Part shown: one piece after another, positions 41,776 to 51,958 of the stretch
Numbering within the stretch: position 1 is the first letter of the stretch
Layout of the letters: each line of letters starts with the position of its first letter
DNA from: Gemmatimonadaceae bacterium
GTDB taxonomy: Bacteria > Gemmatimonadota > Gemmatimonadetes > Gemmatimonadales > Gemmatimonadaceae
Length of the DNA: 64,000 bases
Direction: 5' to 3'
Assembly (NCBI GenBank): GCA_035533015.1
Contig: DATLUQ010000002.1
Location: forward strand, 18,791 to 82,790
Notes under the pieces: generated by a model
What the model saw: only the letters and a program-made list of their open reading frames with translations
Told to the model about the DNA's origin: nothing
Databases searched by the model: none
Program-made: the position numbers and the translations under genes

Positions 41776-42594
41776 ATGAACGCCAATTACGAAGGCCTGG
41801 CCGGCGCCGAGCCGGCCTCAGCGGAAGAGAACACAGGACCGGAGGTCGAGCGGCTCCGAAGCCGCATCGCCGACCTGCAGCGCGAACGCGACCATCTCGT
41901 GGCGGTGGTGGACATTCTGCAGGAGATCTCCTCGTCGCTCAACTTCGTGGACATCCTGCAGACCATCGCGCGCAAACTCGGCGAGGCGTTCGGGCTGGAC
42001 CGCTGCGCGATCTTCCTGTCGGGGAACAAGGACGAAGTGCGCCTCGTGGCGAGCTACGAGGATCCCACGATCCGCAATCTGGTGGTGGACCTCCGGCGCT
42101 ATCCGGAGCTGCAGCGGGCCTTCGAATCGGGGGAGACGGTATTCATTCCGGACGCCAGCACGGACCCGATGCTGCGCGCCATCAAGCCGACGCTCGACAC
42201 GCGCAACGTGCGATCGATCATCGTCGTGCCCATCCAGTGGCAGGGCTCGGTGATCGGGGCGATTTTTCTGCGCACCGAGCGCGACGCGCAACCGTTCAGC
42301 GACGCCGACGTGCATTTCTGCCAGGTGGTGGCGTCGCTCACCGCCAAGGCCCTGCGCAACGCGCACCGGTTCGAGGCGGCCCTGCGCGCGCAGCAGGACA
42401 CGTCGCATTCGCACCGGGCCGCCGAGGTGCGACGGGTGGCGCTGCTCACGTTCCTCCGCCGGCTGCTCGACCGGCACTCCACCGCGGAAGCCGCGGGCTT
42501 CGCCGATGTCGGCATGTCGCGGGCCACGGACGAGGAACTGGACCGCCTGGTGTCGGTGGCGATGCAGGTGCTGGACGAGGAAGCAAAGGGGTGA
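41776..42594 (+). CDS. GAF domain protein with N-terminal coiled coil
   Basis: The GAF core is ILQEISSSLNFVDILQTIARKLGEAFGLDRCAIFL..SIIVVPIQWQGSVIGAIFL. Confidence 0.75.
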   Translation: MNANYEGLAGAEPASAEENTGPEVERLRSRIADLQRERDHLVAVVDILQEISSSLNFVDILQTIARKLGEAFGLDRCAIFLSGNKDEVRLVASYEDPTIRNLVVDLRRYPELQRAFESGETVFIPDASTDPMLRAIKPTLDTRNVRSIIVVPIQWQGSVIGAIFLRTERDAQPFSDADVHFCQVVASLTAKALRNAHRFEAALRAQQDTSHSHRAAEVRRVALLTFLRRLLDRHSTAEAAGFADVGMSRATDEELDRLVSVAMQVLDEEAKG

Positions 42595-44639
42595 GTCCCC
42601 CCCCGGCGGGTGCCGCAGCCCGCGCTGCGGCCCTCCGCGAGCAACTCGAGCGTGCCAACTACGAGTACCACGTGCTGGATCGGCCCACGATCAGTGATCG
42701 TGAATACGACCAGCGGTTTCGCGAGTTGCAGGCGCTCGAAGGTGAGTTCCCGGAGCTGCGTACGTCCGACTCCCCCACGCAGCGCGTGGGGGCCGAGCCG
42801 CAGACCCTGTTCCGCAAGCACACGCATCTCGTCCCCATGATCTCGCTGGGCAACGCGTTCACGGAAGGCGAACTCGCGGCGTGGGAGGAGCGGCTGGTGC
42901 GCCTGGTGGCCGGCGACGCGCGCCGCGTCGGCTTCGCCTGTGAACTCAAGATCGACGGCGCGGCGGTGTCGCTCACCTACCGCGACGGCGTCCTCGAGAC
43001 CGGCGCCACGCGTGGCAACGGGACGGTGGGCGAGGACGTGACGGCCAACCTCCGCACGGTGCACGATATCCCGCTGCGCCTGCGCGGCCAGGACCATCCA
43101 CCATTGGTCGAAGTGCGTGGCGAGGTATACATGCCCTTCAGCGGGTTCGAGCGGATGAACGAGGAGCGCGTCCGGGCCGGCGAGCCGGTGTTCGCCAACC
43201 CGCGGAATTCGGCGGCCGGGGCGCTGCGGCAGCTCGACCCGTCGGTCACGGCCCGGCGCCCCCTGCGTTTCTTCGGCTACTCGGCGGCGCTCCCCGACGG
43301 CGCGGTGCCCCCGGTGGCCGCACAGTGGGACCTGCTCAACCTGCTGGAGGCATGGGGGTTCCCGGTGGCGCCGCGGCGGCAGCGGTGCGCCACGATCGAC
43401 GACGTGCACACCTGGGCCCGCCACGTGGAGCACCAGGTGCGCGCCGAACTCGACTTCGCCATCGACGGGGGGGTGGTGAAGGTCGATTCCTTGGCCCTCC
43501 AGCAAGAGCTGGGCGTGATCGGCGGCCGAGAGCCGCGGTGGGCGATCGCGCGCAAGTTCGCCCCCGACATCGCGGAGACGCGGCTGCTGCGCATCGGCGT
43601 GAACGTCGGACGAACCGGCTCGCTCAATCCCTACGCCGAGCTCGAGGCGGTGGAAATCGGAGGCACCACGGTGCGCATGGCCACGCTGCACAACTTCGAT
43701 CTCATCCGCGAGAAGGATCTCCGCGTGGGCGACGTGGTGCAGGTGAAGCGGGCGGGCGACGTGATTCCGCAGGTGATCGGGCCGATTCCAGAACGGCGCG
43801 ACGCCGACCACCCGCCGGTGCCGTACGCGCCGCCCACGCGCTGCCCGGCATGCGGTACCGCCGTGGAGCGAGACGAGGAGGAGGTGGCGATCTACTGCCC
43901 CAACGTGGGGTGTGCGGGGCGCCGGCTCGAAGGGTTGGTGCACTTCGCGTCGCGGTCCGCGATGGACATTCGCGGGCTGTCGTACGCGCGGCTGGAGCAG
44001 ATGGTGGGTGCCGGGCTGATCCGCGACGCGGCCGATCTCTACACGGTGACCGCCGACCAACTGCAGGGGCTGGAGCGGTTCGCGGAGAAGAGCGCCGAAG
44101 GGCTGGTGGCGGCCATCGCGGCATCGCGGGCCCAGCCGTTGTCGCGGCTGCTGTTCGCGCTGGGCATCCGGCACGTGGGCGCCGGCGCAGCCGAGTTGCT
44201 CGCCCGCCACTTCGGGTCGCTCGACGCGTTGCGCCGGGCGGCCTTGCGCCCCGATGGGCCCGAGGAGGTTGTGGCGGTGCGCGGGATCGGTCGCACGATC
44301 GCCGACGCGGTGGCGGCGTACTTCAAGGATCCGGCGGCCGTGGCGCTACTCGACAAACTGCGCGCGGCGGGTGTGAACGAAGCCGAACCCATGGTGGGGC
44401 CGACGGGAAGTGCCCTGGCGGGGCAGACGTTCGTCATCACAGGCACCCTTCCCACGCTCTCACGCAACCAGGCGACGGCACTGATCGAGGCCAGCGGGGG
44501 CCGGGTCACCGACAGTGTATCGAAAAAGACGACGGCCCTCGTGGCCGGTGAGGAAGCCGGGGGTAAGCTCGAGAAGGCGCGTGCCCTGGGTGTGAACATC
44601 ATCGACGAAGCGGAGCTGTTGCGACGCGTCGGACCGTAA
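42591..44639 (+). CDS. ligA: NAD-dependent DNA ligase
   Basis: ORF 42237.. trimmed to the GTG overlapping the GAF stop (GTGA). Sequence YHVLDRPTISDREYD, the adenylation motif CELKIDG, the Zn finger CPACG..CPN..C, and a BRCT tail. Confidence 0.95.
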   Translation: MSPPPAGAAARAAALREQLERANYEYHVLDRPTISDREYDQRFRELQALEGEFPELRTSDSPTQRVGAEPQTLFRKHTHLVPMISLGNAFTEGELAAWEERLVRLVAGDARRVGFACELKIDGAAVSLTYRDGVLETGATRGNGTVGEDVTANLRTVHDIPLRLRGQDHPPLVEVRGEVYMPFSGFERMNEERVRAGEPVFANPRNSAAGALRQLDPSVTARRPLRFFGYSAALPDGAVPPVAAQWDLLNLLEAWGFPVAPRRQRCATIDDVHTWARHVEHQVRAELDFAIDGGVVKVDSLALQQELGVIGGREPRWAIARKFAPDIAETRLLRIGVNVGRTGSLNPYAELEAVEIGGTTVRMATLHNFDLIREKDLRVGDVVQVKRAGDVIPQVIGPIPERRDADHPPVPYAPPTRCPACGTAVERDEEEVAIYCPNVGCAGRRLEGLVHFASRSAMDIRGLSYARLEQMVGAGLIRDAADLYTVTADQLQGLERFAEKSAEGLVAAIAASRAQPLSRLLFALGIRHVGAGAAELLARHFGSLDALRRAALRPDGPEEVVAVRGIGRTIADAVAAYFKDPAAVALLDKLRAAGVNEAEPMVGPTGSALAGQTFVITGTLPTLSRNQATALIEASGGRVTDSVSKKTTALVAGEEAGGKLEKARALGVNIIDEAELLRRVGP

Positions 44640-44652
44640 CGGGAGACCACCG

Positions 44653-45213
44653 ATGACCGAATCGATCGAGCTGGCCGACAGCGGCATGATCGCGCTCACG
44701 CGTGATGCGCTGTGCGCACTGCGCGCTGCGCTGTTCCGCGACCTGGGCGAGAATGCGGCGGGCTACCTGCAGGAAGCGGGGTACGCCGGAGGCGGCGCCC
44801 TGTTCACCGCGTTCGGCGCCTGGGCCGAGCGGCGCGGGTATGGGGCGCCGGAAGACATCGCGGCCGACGATTTCCAACGCTACGCGACCGAGTTCTTCGG
44901 CGACCTGGGATGGGGCTCGATCGGGCTCAGCACGCTGCACGGCGCCGTCGCCACACTCGACTCCCGAGACTGGGGCGAGGCCGACCCGAATTCGGCGATG
45001 GAGTTCCCGGGCTGCCACCTGACGACGGGCATGTTCGCCGATTTTTTCGGCCGGCTGGCCGGCACGCCGATGGCCGTGATGGAGGTGGAGTGCCGCTCGA
45101 TGGGGGCGCCCCGCTGCCGGTTCCTGCTCGGCAACGCCGAGGCGTTGCACCAGGTGTACGAAGAGATGAACCGCGGCGTCGCGTACGATGACGCAGTGGC
45201 GGCGGTGGCCTAG
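44653..45213 (+). CDS. V4R (4-vinyl reductase-like) domain protein
   Basis: The C-terminus CHLTTGMFADFFGRLAGTPMAVMEVECRSMGAPRCRFLL is typical of V4R ligand-binding domains. Confidence 0.65.
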   Translation: MTESIELADSGMIALTRDALCALRAALFRDLGENAAGYLQEAGYAGGGALFTAFGAWAERRGYGAPEDIAADDFQRYATEFFGDLGWGSIGLSTLHGAVATLDSRDWGEADPNSAMEFPGCHLTTGMFADFFGRLAGTPMAVMEVECRSMGAPRCRFLLGNAEALHQVYEEMNRGVAYDDAVAAVA

Positions 45214-45743
45214 GGCAGCTCTTCGAGCGCCTCGGCATAACGCGGATTCGGTACCAGTTCGTCATGCACCAGCACCTCCCGGTCCCACGGGAGGATGACC
45301 GTGCTCTGGGTGGCGATGGCGTGGTAATCCGGCGCATACTCGCCGGTCTTGAAGGCCACGGCGGTCCGGACCTCCGCGGCGCCCGCATTGACCACCGCCG
45401 AGACGGCCAATCGCATGGTCTCCCCGGAATCGCAGGTCTCGTCCACCAGAAGCACGCGGCGGCCGCGGACCTCGTGGGGAGCCTGGCCGAATACGGTCGG
45501 GGTCTGGCGCACGTGCTCGGCGCGGTAGCGGCGGCTGACCAGGATGGAGTGGAACTCCACGTCCAGGATGGCGGCGATCACGGCGCCCGGCACAACGCCG
45601 GCCGTGGCGATGCCAACGACGACGTCGGGGTGGTAACCCCGGGCGACCTTGAGGGCCAGGCTGCGGGACAGTTCCCCGAACAGCGGCCATTCGACGTTGA
45701 AGACGCCCTGGCTGGGTTCGACCGTCGTACGGCGCGGTGTCAT
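45210..45743 (-). CDS. phosphoribosyltransferase family protein
   Basis: Trimmed to the ATG preceded by AGGAGG. The PRPP-binding loop is RVLLVDETCDSGETM. Confidence 0.75.
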   Translation of the reverse strand: MTPRRTTVEPSQGVFNVEWPLFGELSRSLALKVARGYHPDVVVGIATAGVVPGAVIAAILDVEFHSILVSRRYRAEHVRQTPTVFGQAPHEVRGRRVLLVDETCDSGETMRLAVSAVVNAGAAEVRTAVAFKTGEYAPDYHAIATQSTVILPWDREVLVHDELVPNPRYAEALEELP

Positions 45744-45928
45744 GGGGGGCCTCCTGGTCGGTGAGCGGACGGCGGATTGGGAAGTTACTTGTATCGGCGC
45801 GACGCTGGAAGCGTTCGGCGGCCGAAACCGCCGTTGCTCCGAGTGGCTCAAGTCGGTAGGTTAGCCCTCAGACGGCGCACATCGGCGTGCGTCCACCGTC
45901 CATCCCTCATCGACCTCCCGATCGCCGA

Positions 45929-46390
45929 ATGTCCTGGTGGAGCCGCCTACTCGGCGGCGAGTCGAAATCCGACCTGAAACCGCAGCGCCTCGATTATTTG
46001 AATGAAGCGCTGGCGCTGGAGCGTCAGGGGGACTACGACGCCGCATTGACGTCGTACCGGCTCGCGTTGCGCGATCATCCGAACGACCCGAAGATTCTCC
46101 AAAACATGGCGATCGCGTACTCGCGCACCTCGCGGCTCGAGGACGCCATTCGCTGCTATCGCCGGGCGCTGGAGCTGGCGCCCAATCTGGCCGGTGCCCA
46201 TTACGGGCTGGCATTCCTGCTGCTCAAGCGGGACGACCGGGCCGGCGCGATCGAGCACCTCGATGCCTTCCTGACCAAGGCGCCGCCGAGTGACGACACC
46301 GATCGTTGGATCGAGCACGCCCGCCAGGCACTGACCGAACTACGATCGAGACCGGAGGCTTCTCCCTCCACACCAGAAGACGGGCCCTAG
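45929..46390 (+). CDS. TPR repeat protein
   Basis: Trimmed to MSWWSRLLGG. TPR units are GDYDAALTSYRLALRDHPNDP, LEDAIRCYRRALELAPN and AGAHYGLAFLL. Confidence 0.7.
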   Translation: MSWWSRLLGGESKSDLKPQRLDYLNEALALERQGDYDAALTSYRLALRDHPNDPKILQNMAIAYSRTSRLEDAIRCYRRALELAPNLAGAHYGLAFLLLKRDDRAGAIEHLDAFLTKAPPSDDTDRWIEHARQALTELRSRPEASPSTPEDGP

Positions 46391-47161
46391 GTGAAGCACA
46401 TTCTGGCCGTGGTCAGTCAGAAGGGTGGCGTGGGCAAGACGACGACCGCCATCAACGTGGCGGCGGCGCTGGCCCGCCGAGGGGTGAAGACCCTCTTGGT
46501 GGACATGGATCCCCAAGGGTCGGTGCGGTTCGGCGTGGGGCTGCAAGGGCCGTACGCGGGGCCCGGCATCGCGGACTATCTCACCGGTACCAAGGGGCTC
46601 GCTGACATCGTGCGCGGCACCGCCCTGCCGTTCCTGCGGGTGCTGCTCGCCGGCTCGGTAGCCGACAGCGGCGATCACGTGGCATATCAGGCGTTGGTTT
46701 CCGACTCCACGCGGCTCGGTGAACTATTGGGCCGGGTGCGCGACCGCGGGTATCTGGTGGTCGTGGATACGCCGCCAGGCCTGGGGCCCGTGGTGCAACG
46801 GGTGCTCGGCGTGGCCGACCGGGTGTTGGTGCCGCTCCAGTGCGAGCCGCTGGCGCTGCAGACCACGTCGCAGATGCTCAAGGGGATTCGTACGGCGGTG
46901 GGTGAGCACGCCAACCTCAAGCTCGAAGGCATCGTGCTCACCATGTTCGAGGAACAGAACGCGCTCTCCCAGCGTATTGCGGAATATGTACGCCGCCAGC
47001 TGCCCGCCGACCTGGTGTTCGACGTGATCATCCCACGTACTGCAGCCACGGTGGAAGCGTTCGCCGCTGGCCAGCCCGTGGTGGTCCGCACGCCGGACGA
47101 TCCGGCGTCGGTGGCGTACGGAGCGCTCGCCGACGTACTGCGCGCGCGGCTGGTTCCATGA
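46391..47161 (+). CDS. ParA/MinD-family ATPase (orphan)
   Basis: GTG start immediately after the TAG of the TPR gene. The deviant Walker A is VSQKGGVGKTTTAINVA, followed by LLVDMDPQG. Confidence 0.85.
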   Translation: MKHILAVVSQKGGVGKTTTAINVAAALARRGVKTLLVDMDPQGSVRFGVGLQGPYAGPGIADYLTGTKGLADIVRGTALPFLRVLLAGSVADSGDHVAYQALVSDSTRLGELLGRVRDRGYLVVVDTPPGLGPVVQRVLGVADRVLVPLQCEPLALQTTSQMLKGIRTAVGEHANLKLEGIVLTMFEEQNALSQRIAEYVRRQLPADLVFDVIIPRTAATVEAFAAGQPVVVRTPDDPASVAYGALADVLRARLVP

Positions 47162-47961
47162 CGCGCCGCCTCGCCACATTCGTCGTCGCCCTTTCGGCCG
47201 CGGCGGCGGCGTGCCGGGCGATTCCCGCGCCGGCCAACGGTGTGTTGTCGGTGTCCGAGGTCCAACTCCCGTCACCGGGCGTCGTGGTGGGCGACACGCT
47301 GCGCGACAGCACCGGCCAAGTCGCCCCGCTACGCGTGTACGCGTTCGGCGTGGGGGGACAGGCGGATACGCTCCACGACGCGGTCGGGCAGTTCGTGCTG
47401 CTCGACTCCGGGGCCCACCTGACCGGCAACGGGTATCTGGTCGGGGACAGCATACGGGCGTCGGTCCGCGTCGTGGGCTCGGTTGGGATGCTCCAGACCT
47501 CGGCGGCGACCGTCAGTGTAACGCCGCGTCCCGACTCCATCGGCTCCGCTCTCACCGCGGCGATCGCGACGGTGGCTTTCAACCCATTGGACTCGACGGC
47601 CACGGCCAACTACTCGACGGCGCTGGCGGCCAACGTCGTTTCCATGGACAGCGTGCCGCCAGCCGCGGTCCAATCCGTGGTCGTGCACTATGCCATCGTC
47701 TACCAACCGGCGGCATCGGTGCCGGGTGCGGCGAGCGCGGTGCTCGTGGATCCCCTGGGAAACCCGAGCACGGTGGATACGACTGACGTGAACGGCCAGG
47801 TCTCGCGGCGCATTCGTGTGCGGCCGCAGGCGCCGACGGTCGCCGACAGTGTCGTGGTGAAGGTCACGGCGCAGTACCGCGGTGTGCTTCTCCGCGGCAG
47901 TCCGGTTCTGTTCGTCGTACCCATCCAGGGCCCGCAGATATCGGGCTCGCGCCGGCACTGA
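47158..47961 (+). CDS. lipoprotein with beta-rich (Ig-like?) body
   Basis: ATGA overlap with parA. The lipobox is LSAAAAA-C. The body is Val/Ser/Thr-rich. Confidence 0.55.
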   Translation: MTRRLATFVVALSAAAAACRAIPAPANGVLSVSEVQLPSPGVVVGDTLRDSTGQVAPLRVYAFGVGGQADTLHDAVGQFVLLDSGAHLTGNGYLVGDSIRASVRVVGSVGMLQTSAATVSVTPRPDSIGSALTAAIATVAFNPLDSTATANYSTALAANVVSMDSVPPAAVQSVVVHYAIVYQPAASVPGAASAVLVDPLGNPSTVDTTDVNGQVSRRIRVRPQAPTVADSVVVKVTAQYRGVLLRGSPVLFVVPIQGPQISGSRRH

Positions 47962-48065
47962 GGGAATCCCGCACAGCGTCTCCCTTCCATCGGCGCGCGA
48001 ATGGGGCGTAACTTGGAGCGGGCGGTGGATGTGTTGCGTGTTCAGCCGTTTTCCGGGAGGTGCCG

Positions 48066-49910
48066 ATGATCGCAACGGGAGGCCCGCGGAATTCGCAGCC
48101 GGGCACGCTGAATCACCTGTTTTTCGACGCTGTCAAGCAGTACGACAAGCCCGACGCGCTGCAAGTGAAGGTGAACGGCCGGTACGAGCCGATTTCCCAC
48201 GTCACGCTGTTCGGACGCGTGCGCCACGCGGCCATCGGGCTCGCGGAGCTGGGCGTTCGCCACGGCGACCGGGTCGTGCTGCTGTCGGAGAACCGGCCGG
48301 AGTGGGCGATCGCGGACTACGCCTGCCTGGCGAGCGGCGTCACCGACGTGCCGATCTATCCCAACGAGACGCCCGAAGCGGCCGCGTACATCATCCAGGA
48401 TTCGGGGGCCGTGGCGGCATTCGTGTCCACGGCCGAGCAGGCCGCGAAGATCGCGGCCGTCCGCAAGGAATGTCCGACCCTCAAGCACGTGATCGGGTTC
48501 AGCGACGTACGGGGGCCGGGTGTCGATCACACGCTGTTCGAGTTGGAAGCCAAGGGTGCGGCGGTGCTGACGCCGGCGCGGGAGGAGGCGTTCGCGCGCG
48601 ACGCGATGGCGGTGGAGCCGGACCATCTGGCGACGATCATCTATACGTCGGGAACGACCGGAAAGCCCAAGGGCGTGATGCTGTCGCACGACAACCTCTA
48701 CTCCAACGTGATGGCCGCCAGGGAAGTGATTCCGTTCACCGGCCACGACACCTGCCTCAGCTTCCTGCCCCTGTCGCACGTATTCGAGCGGATGGCCGGC
48801 CATTACCTGATGATGGCCACGGGCACCTCGATCGCGTACGCGGAGTCGATCGACACGGTGCCGACCAATCTGACCGAGGTCTGCCCGACGCTCGTGCTGT
48901 CGGTGCCCCGCCTATATGAAAAAATGTATGCCCGGGTGCTGGAGAACGCCTTGGCCGCAGGCGGGGCCAAGAAGCAGATCTTCTTCTGGGCCCGCCGCGT
49001 GGCGGATCGCTGGGCCGACGAGAAGCTGGCCGGTCGCAAACCCGGCGGCGCGCTGGCGCTGCGGTACGCGATCGCGCAGCGTCTCGTGTTCTCCAAGCTG
49101 CAGGCTCGCACGGGCGGCCGGATGCGCTACTTCGTGTCGGGCGGGGCGCCATTGGCGCCGGAGATCAACAAGTTCTTCTATGCGGCGGGCCTCGTGATCC
49201 TCGAGGGATACGGGCTCACCGAAACGTCACCGGTGATCTGCGTGAATTCGCCCGAACACTTCCGCATCGGCTCGGTGGGCAGGCCAATTCCCGGCGTGGA
49301 AGTGCAGATCGCGGCGGATGGGGAGATTCTCACCCGGGGCCCGCACGTGATGAGGGGCTACTACGGGAATCCCGGGGCGACCGCCGAGGTGATGGACAAG
49401 AACGGCTGGTTCTTCACCGGCGACATCGGGACGCTCGAGGACGACTACCTCCGCATCACCGATCGGAAGAAGGACATCATCGTCACCGCGGGCGGCAAGA
49501 ACATCGCGCCGCAGCCGATCGAGAATGAGATCAAGACGAACAAGTACGTGTCACAGGTGGTGATGATCGGCGACAAGCGGAAGTTCCCGATCGTCCTCAT
49601 CGTGCCCAACTGGGAACAGCTCGAGAAGTGGGCAAAATACAAGAATCTGATCTGGACCGACCGTGCCCAGCTGGTCACGATGCCCGCCGTGCAGGCGAAG
49701 ATGGAGAAGGAGGTCGCCTCGCGGACCAGCCATCTCGCGCGCTATGAGCAGCCCAAGAAGGTGGGGTTGCTCGAACACGAGTTCACGTTGGAGCGCGGCG
49801 AGTTGACCCCCACGCTCAAGGTCAAGCGGCGCGTGGTCGACCGCGCGTACAAGGCCGTGATCGACGAGTTGTATCGCGAAGACGACCCGGTGCTGGCCGA
49901 GGCGCCCTGA
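48066..49910 (+). CDS. long-chain fatty acid--CoA ligase (AMP-forming)
   Basis: A GGGAGG Shine-Dalgarno lies 5 nt upstream. The AMP-binding motif is IIYTSGTTGKPKGVMLSH, with GYGLTETS and GDIG..DDYLRITDRKKD. Confidence 0.9.
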   Translation: MIATGGPRNSQPGTLNHLFFDAVKQYDKPDALQVKVNGRYEPISHVTLFGRVRHAAIGLAELGVRHGDRVVLLSENRPEWAIADYACLASGVTDVPIYPNETPEAAAYIIQDSGAVAAFVSTAEQAAKIAAVRKECPTLKHVIGFSDVRGPGVDHTLFELEAKGAAVLTPAREEAFARDAMAVEPDHLATIIYTSGTTGKPKGVMLSHDNLYSNVMAAREVIPFTGHDTCLSFLPLSHVFERMAGHYLMMATGTSIAYAESIDTVPTNLTEVCPTLVLSVPRLYEKMYARVLENALAAGGAKKQIFFWARRVADRWADEKLAGRKPGGALALRYAIAQRLVFSKLQARTGGRMRYFVSGGAPLAPEINKFFYAAGLVILEGYGLTETSPVICVNSPEHFRIGSVGRPIPGVEVQIAADGEILTRGPHVMRGYYGNPGATAEVMDKNGWFFTGDIGTLEDDYLRITDRKKDIIVTAGGKNIAPQPIENEIKTNKYVSQVVMIGDKRKFPIVLIVPNWEQLEKWAKYKNLIWTDRAQLVTMPAVQAKMEKEVASRTSHLARYEQPKKVGLLEHEFTLERGELTPTLKVKRRVVDRAYKAVIDELYREDDPVLAEAP

Positions 49911-49913
49911 GCG

Positions 49914-50561
49914 TCAGCGCGCGCCGCGGGCCAGCGACACCAACCCGCTCGGCGGGGCATCGCGCTCCCCCACCCACAGCGCGGCGTCGCGCGCCAGTTC
50001 GGTGACCCCACGGGGAACCGGGATATCGGCTGGCGCGACGACGCGCCCCCCCGCCTGAACACCGGCCAGCGCGCGCGCGAGAAACGCCGCGTCCGCCGTG
50101 CGATCAACCGCGAGAGCCCGTGCGCTCGCCGCGGCGATCGGAAGACGGTTGTCCGTGATGATGCCCGACGTTCCCGCGCCGATCGGCGCGCCCGCCACCG
50201 GATTCACCAGCAGGAGGTGCGTTTCGGCGAGCGCGTACACCCCGGCGGCATGGGCCGTCCACTCACCCACGAGCACCGCGAAGCCGCGGGAATCGCTGAT
50301 GCCGAGAAACGCCGCAAGCCGCATGGCCTGCTCGGCCTCGGGCTCCGCGAAGGAGGGCGCGGGGACGGGGGCGACGGCGGCACCAGAATCCGCGCGCAGA
50401 TCGGCGATGCCACCGTCGATCGGATACCGCGCGTCGCACACCGGGCAGCCGAGTATGCCCTGCACCACGTCACGCCCTTCCATGCGGGTGGCGCCGAGCA
50501 CGAGCCACGACTCTTCATGCATGGCCGGGCAGCGCAGCGCGTCAACCAGCTCGATGAACAT
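49914..50561 (-). CDS. hypothetical protein with N-terminal Trm112-like zinc ribbon
   Basis: LVDALRCPAMHE..GILGCPVCDARYPIDGGIADL. The rest is unassigned. Confidence 0.5.
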   Translation of the reverse strand: MFIELVDALRCPAMHEESWLVLGATRMEGRDVVQGILGCPVCDARYPIDGGIADLRADSGAAVAPVPAPSFAEPEAEQAMRLAAFLGISDSRGFAVLVGEWTAHAAGVYALAETHLLLVNPVAGAPIGAGTSGIITDNRLPIAAASARALAVDRTADAAFLARALAGVQAGGRVVAPADIPVPRGVTELARDAALWVGERDAPPSGLVSLARGAR

Positions 50562-51283
50562 CAGCTCCGGGAGAGCCGCAGTTCGTCGACGTTGACGGTG
50601 GGAGGTTGCGACACGGCGTACAGGACCGCCTCCGCAACCGCCTGTACGTCGAGCATCCGCTCGGGCGCCGGGGTGTCCCGGCGAGCCGCACGGTTGGCGG
50701 GCGACCAGAGGGCGGTGTCCACGGGGCCCGGCGAGATCAGCGTGGCCCGCACGCCGGTGCCGCGGAGTTCGGTGCGCAGCACTTCGTGGAGTCCGCGGAC
50801 GCCGTACTTGCTGGCAGCGTAGGCACTGTTGCCGGGAAACGGCACGTGATCGGCAATCGAACCGATGGTCACCAGGTGCCCGTTCCGCCTTGTCTTCATG
50901 CCCGGCACGAGGGCGCGCGCGAACAGGAACGGTGCCGCGAGGTTCACGCCGAGCGTGCGAGCGAACGATTCGGGCGATGTCTGTTCCAGCGACTCGACGG
51001 CGAAGTAGCCGGCATTGTTGACAAGGATATCGGGCGCGTCGGCGCCCAGCCGGTCGTGCAGTGCCCGGAGCGCCGTGTCCACTGCCGCGGCGTCCCCCAC
51101 GTCACACGTGATGGCGAGCGCGCCGCCGCCCAGCTCGGCTGCGTGCCTGGCTAACTCGGCGGACGAACGGGCCACGAGCGCCACGCGCGCGCCGGCGCGC
51201 GCGAGGGTCGCCGCACAGGCCAGGCCGATGCCGCGCGACGCGCCGGTGACGACGGCGGTTCGTCCGTGGAGCGGGCCAGCCAT
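50561..51283 (-). CDS. SDR family oxidoreductase
   Basis: VVTGASRGIGLA, NNAG, and the catalytic YAASKYGV. Confidence 0.85.
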   Translation of the reverse strand: MAGPLHGRTAVVTGASRGIGLACAATLARAGARVALVARSSAELARHAAELGGGALAITCDVGDAAAVDTALRALHDRLGADAPDILVNNAGYFAVESLEQTSPESFARTLGVNLAAPFLFARALVPGMKTRRNGHLVTIGSIADHVPFPGNSAYAASKYGVRGLHEVLRTELRGTGVRATLISPGPVDTALWSPANRAARRDTPAPERMLDVQAVAEAVLYAVSQPPTVNVDELRLSRS

Positions 51284-51286
51284 GGC

Positions 51287-51958
51287 TCAGGTCGAGCCGG
51301 CGGGCGAGTAGGCGAGCCGCAGGAATTCGTCGCGGGTCATCGCGCAGTCGCGGAAGGTGCCGCGCAGCGCGCTGGTGATCGTCTTGGAATTCTGCTTCTC
51401 CACACCGCGCATCATCATGCATAGATGATACGCTTCGATCACGACCCCCACTCCCAACGGTTCCAGGATACGCTCCACCGCCAGCGCGATCTCTTCGGTC
51501 AGCCGCTCCTGCACCTGCAACCGCCGGGAGAACACCTCCACCACCCGCGGGAGCTTGGACAAGCCGACGATCTTCTCGTCCGGGATGTACGCGATGTGTG
51601 CCTTGCCGAAGAATGGGAGCATGTGGTGCTCGCACAGCGAGTACAGCTCGATGTCCCGCACCATCACCATGTTCCGGTGCCCCTCCGCGGCGAACAGGGC
51701 GTCGCCGACCACGTCTTCCACCCGCTGGTCATATCCCCGGGTCAACCAGGCCAGGGACTTGGCCACCCGCTCGGGCGTGCGCGCCAGGCCCTCGCGGTTC
51801 GGGTCCTCCCCGAGCAGCGCGAGTTGCCGGCGCACGAGGCCCGCGAATTCGGGATCGGCCGTGTCGTGCGACACTTGGCGCGGCGCCCGCGCCGATGCCT
51901 CCAGCATGGACAACACCTTGGCCCCTGGCGCCCGTTCACCGCCCGTCGTATTCGACAT
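51287..51958 (-). CDS. folE: GTP cyclohydrolase I
   Basis: [19 protein letters not shown] and [24 protein letters not shown]. An alternative start exists at 51907. Confidence 0.92.
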   Translation of the reverse strand: MSNTTGGERAPGAKVLSMLEASARAPRQVSHDTADPEFAGLVRRQLALLGEDPNREGLARTPERVAKSLAWLTRGYDQRVEDVVGDALFAAEGHRNMVMVRDIELYSLCEHHMLPFFGKAHIAYIPDEKIVGLSKLPRVVEVFSRRLQVQERLTEEIALAVERILEPLGVGVVIEAYHLCMMMRGVEKQNSKTITSALRGTFRDCAMTRDEFLRLAYSPAGST

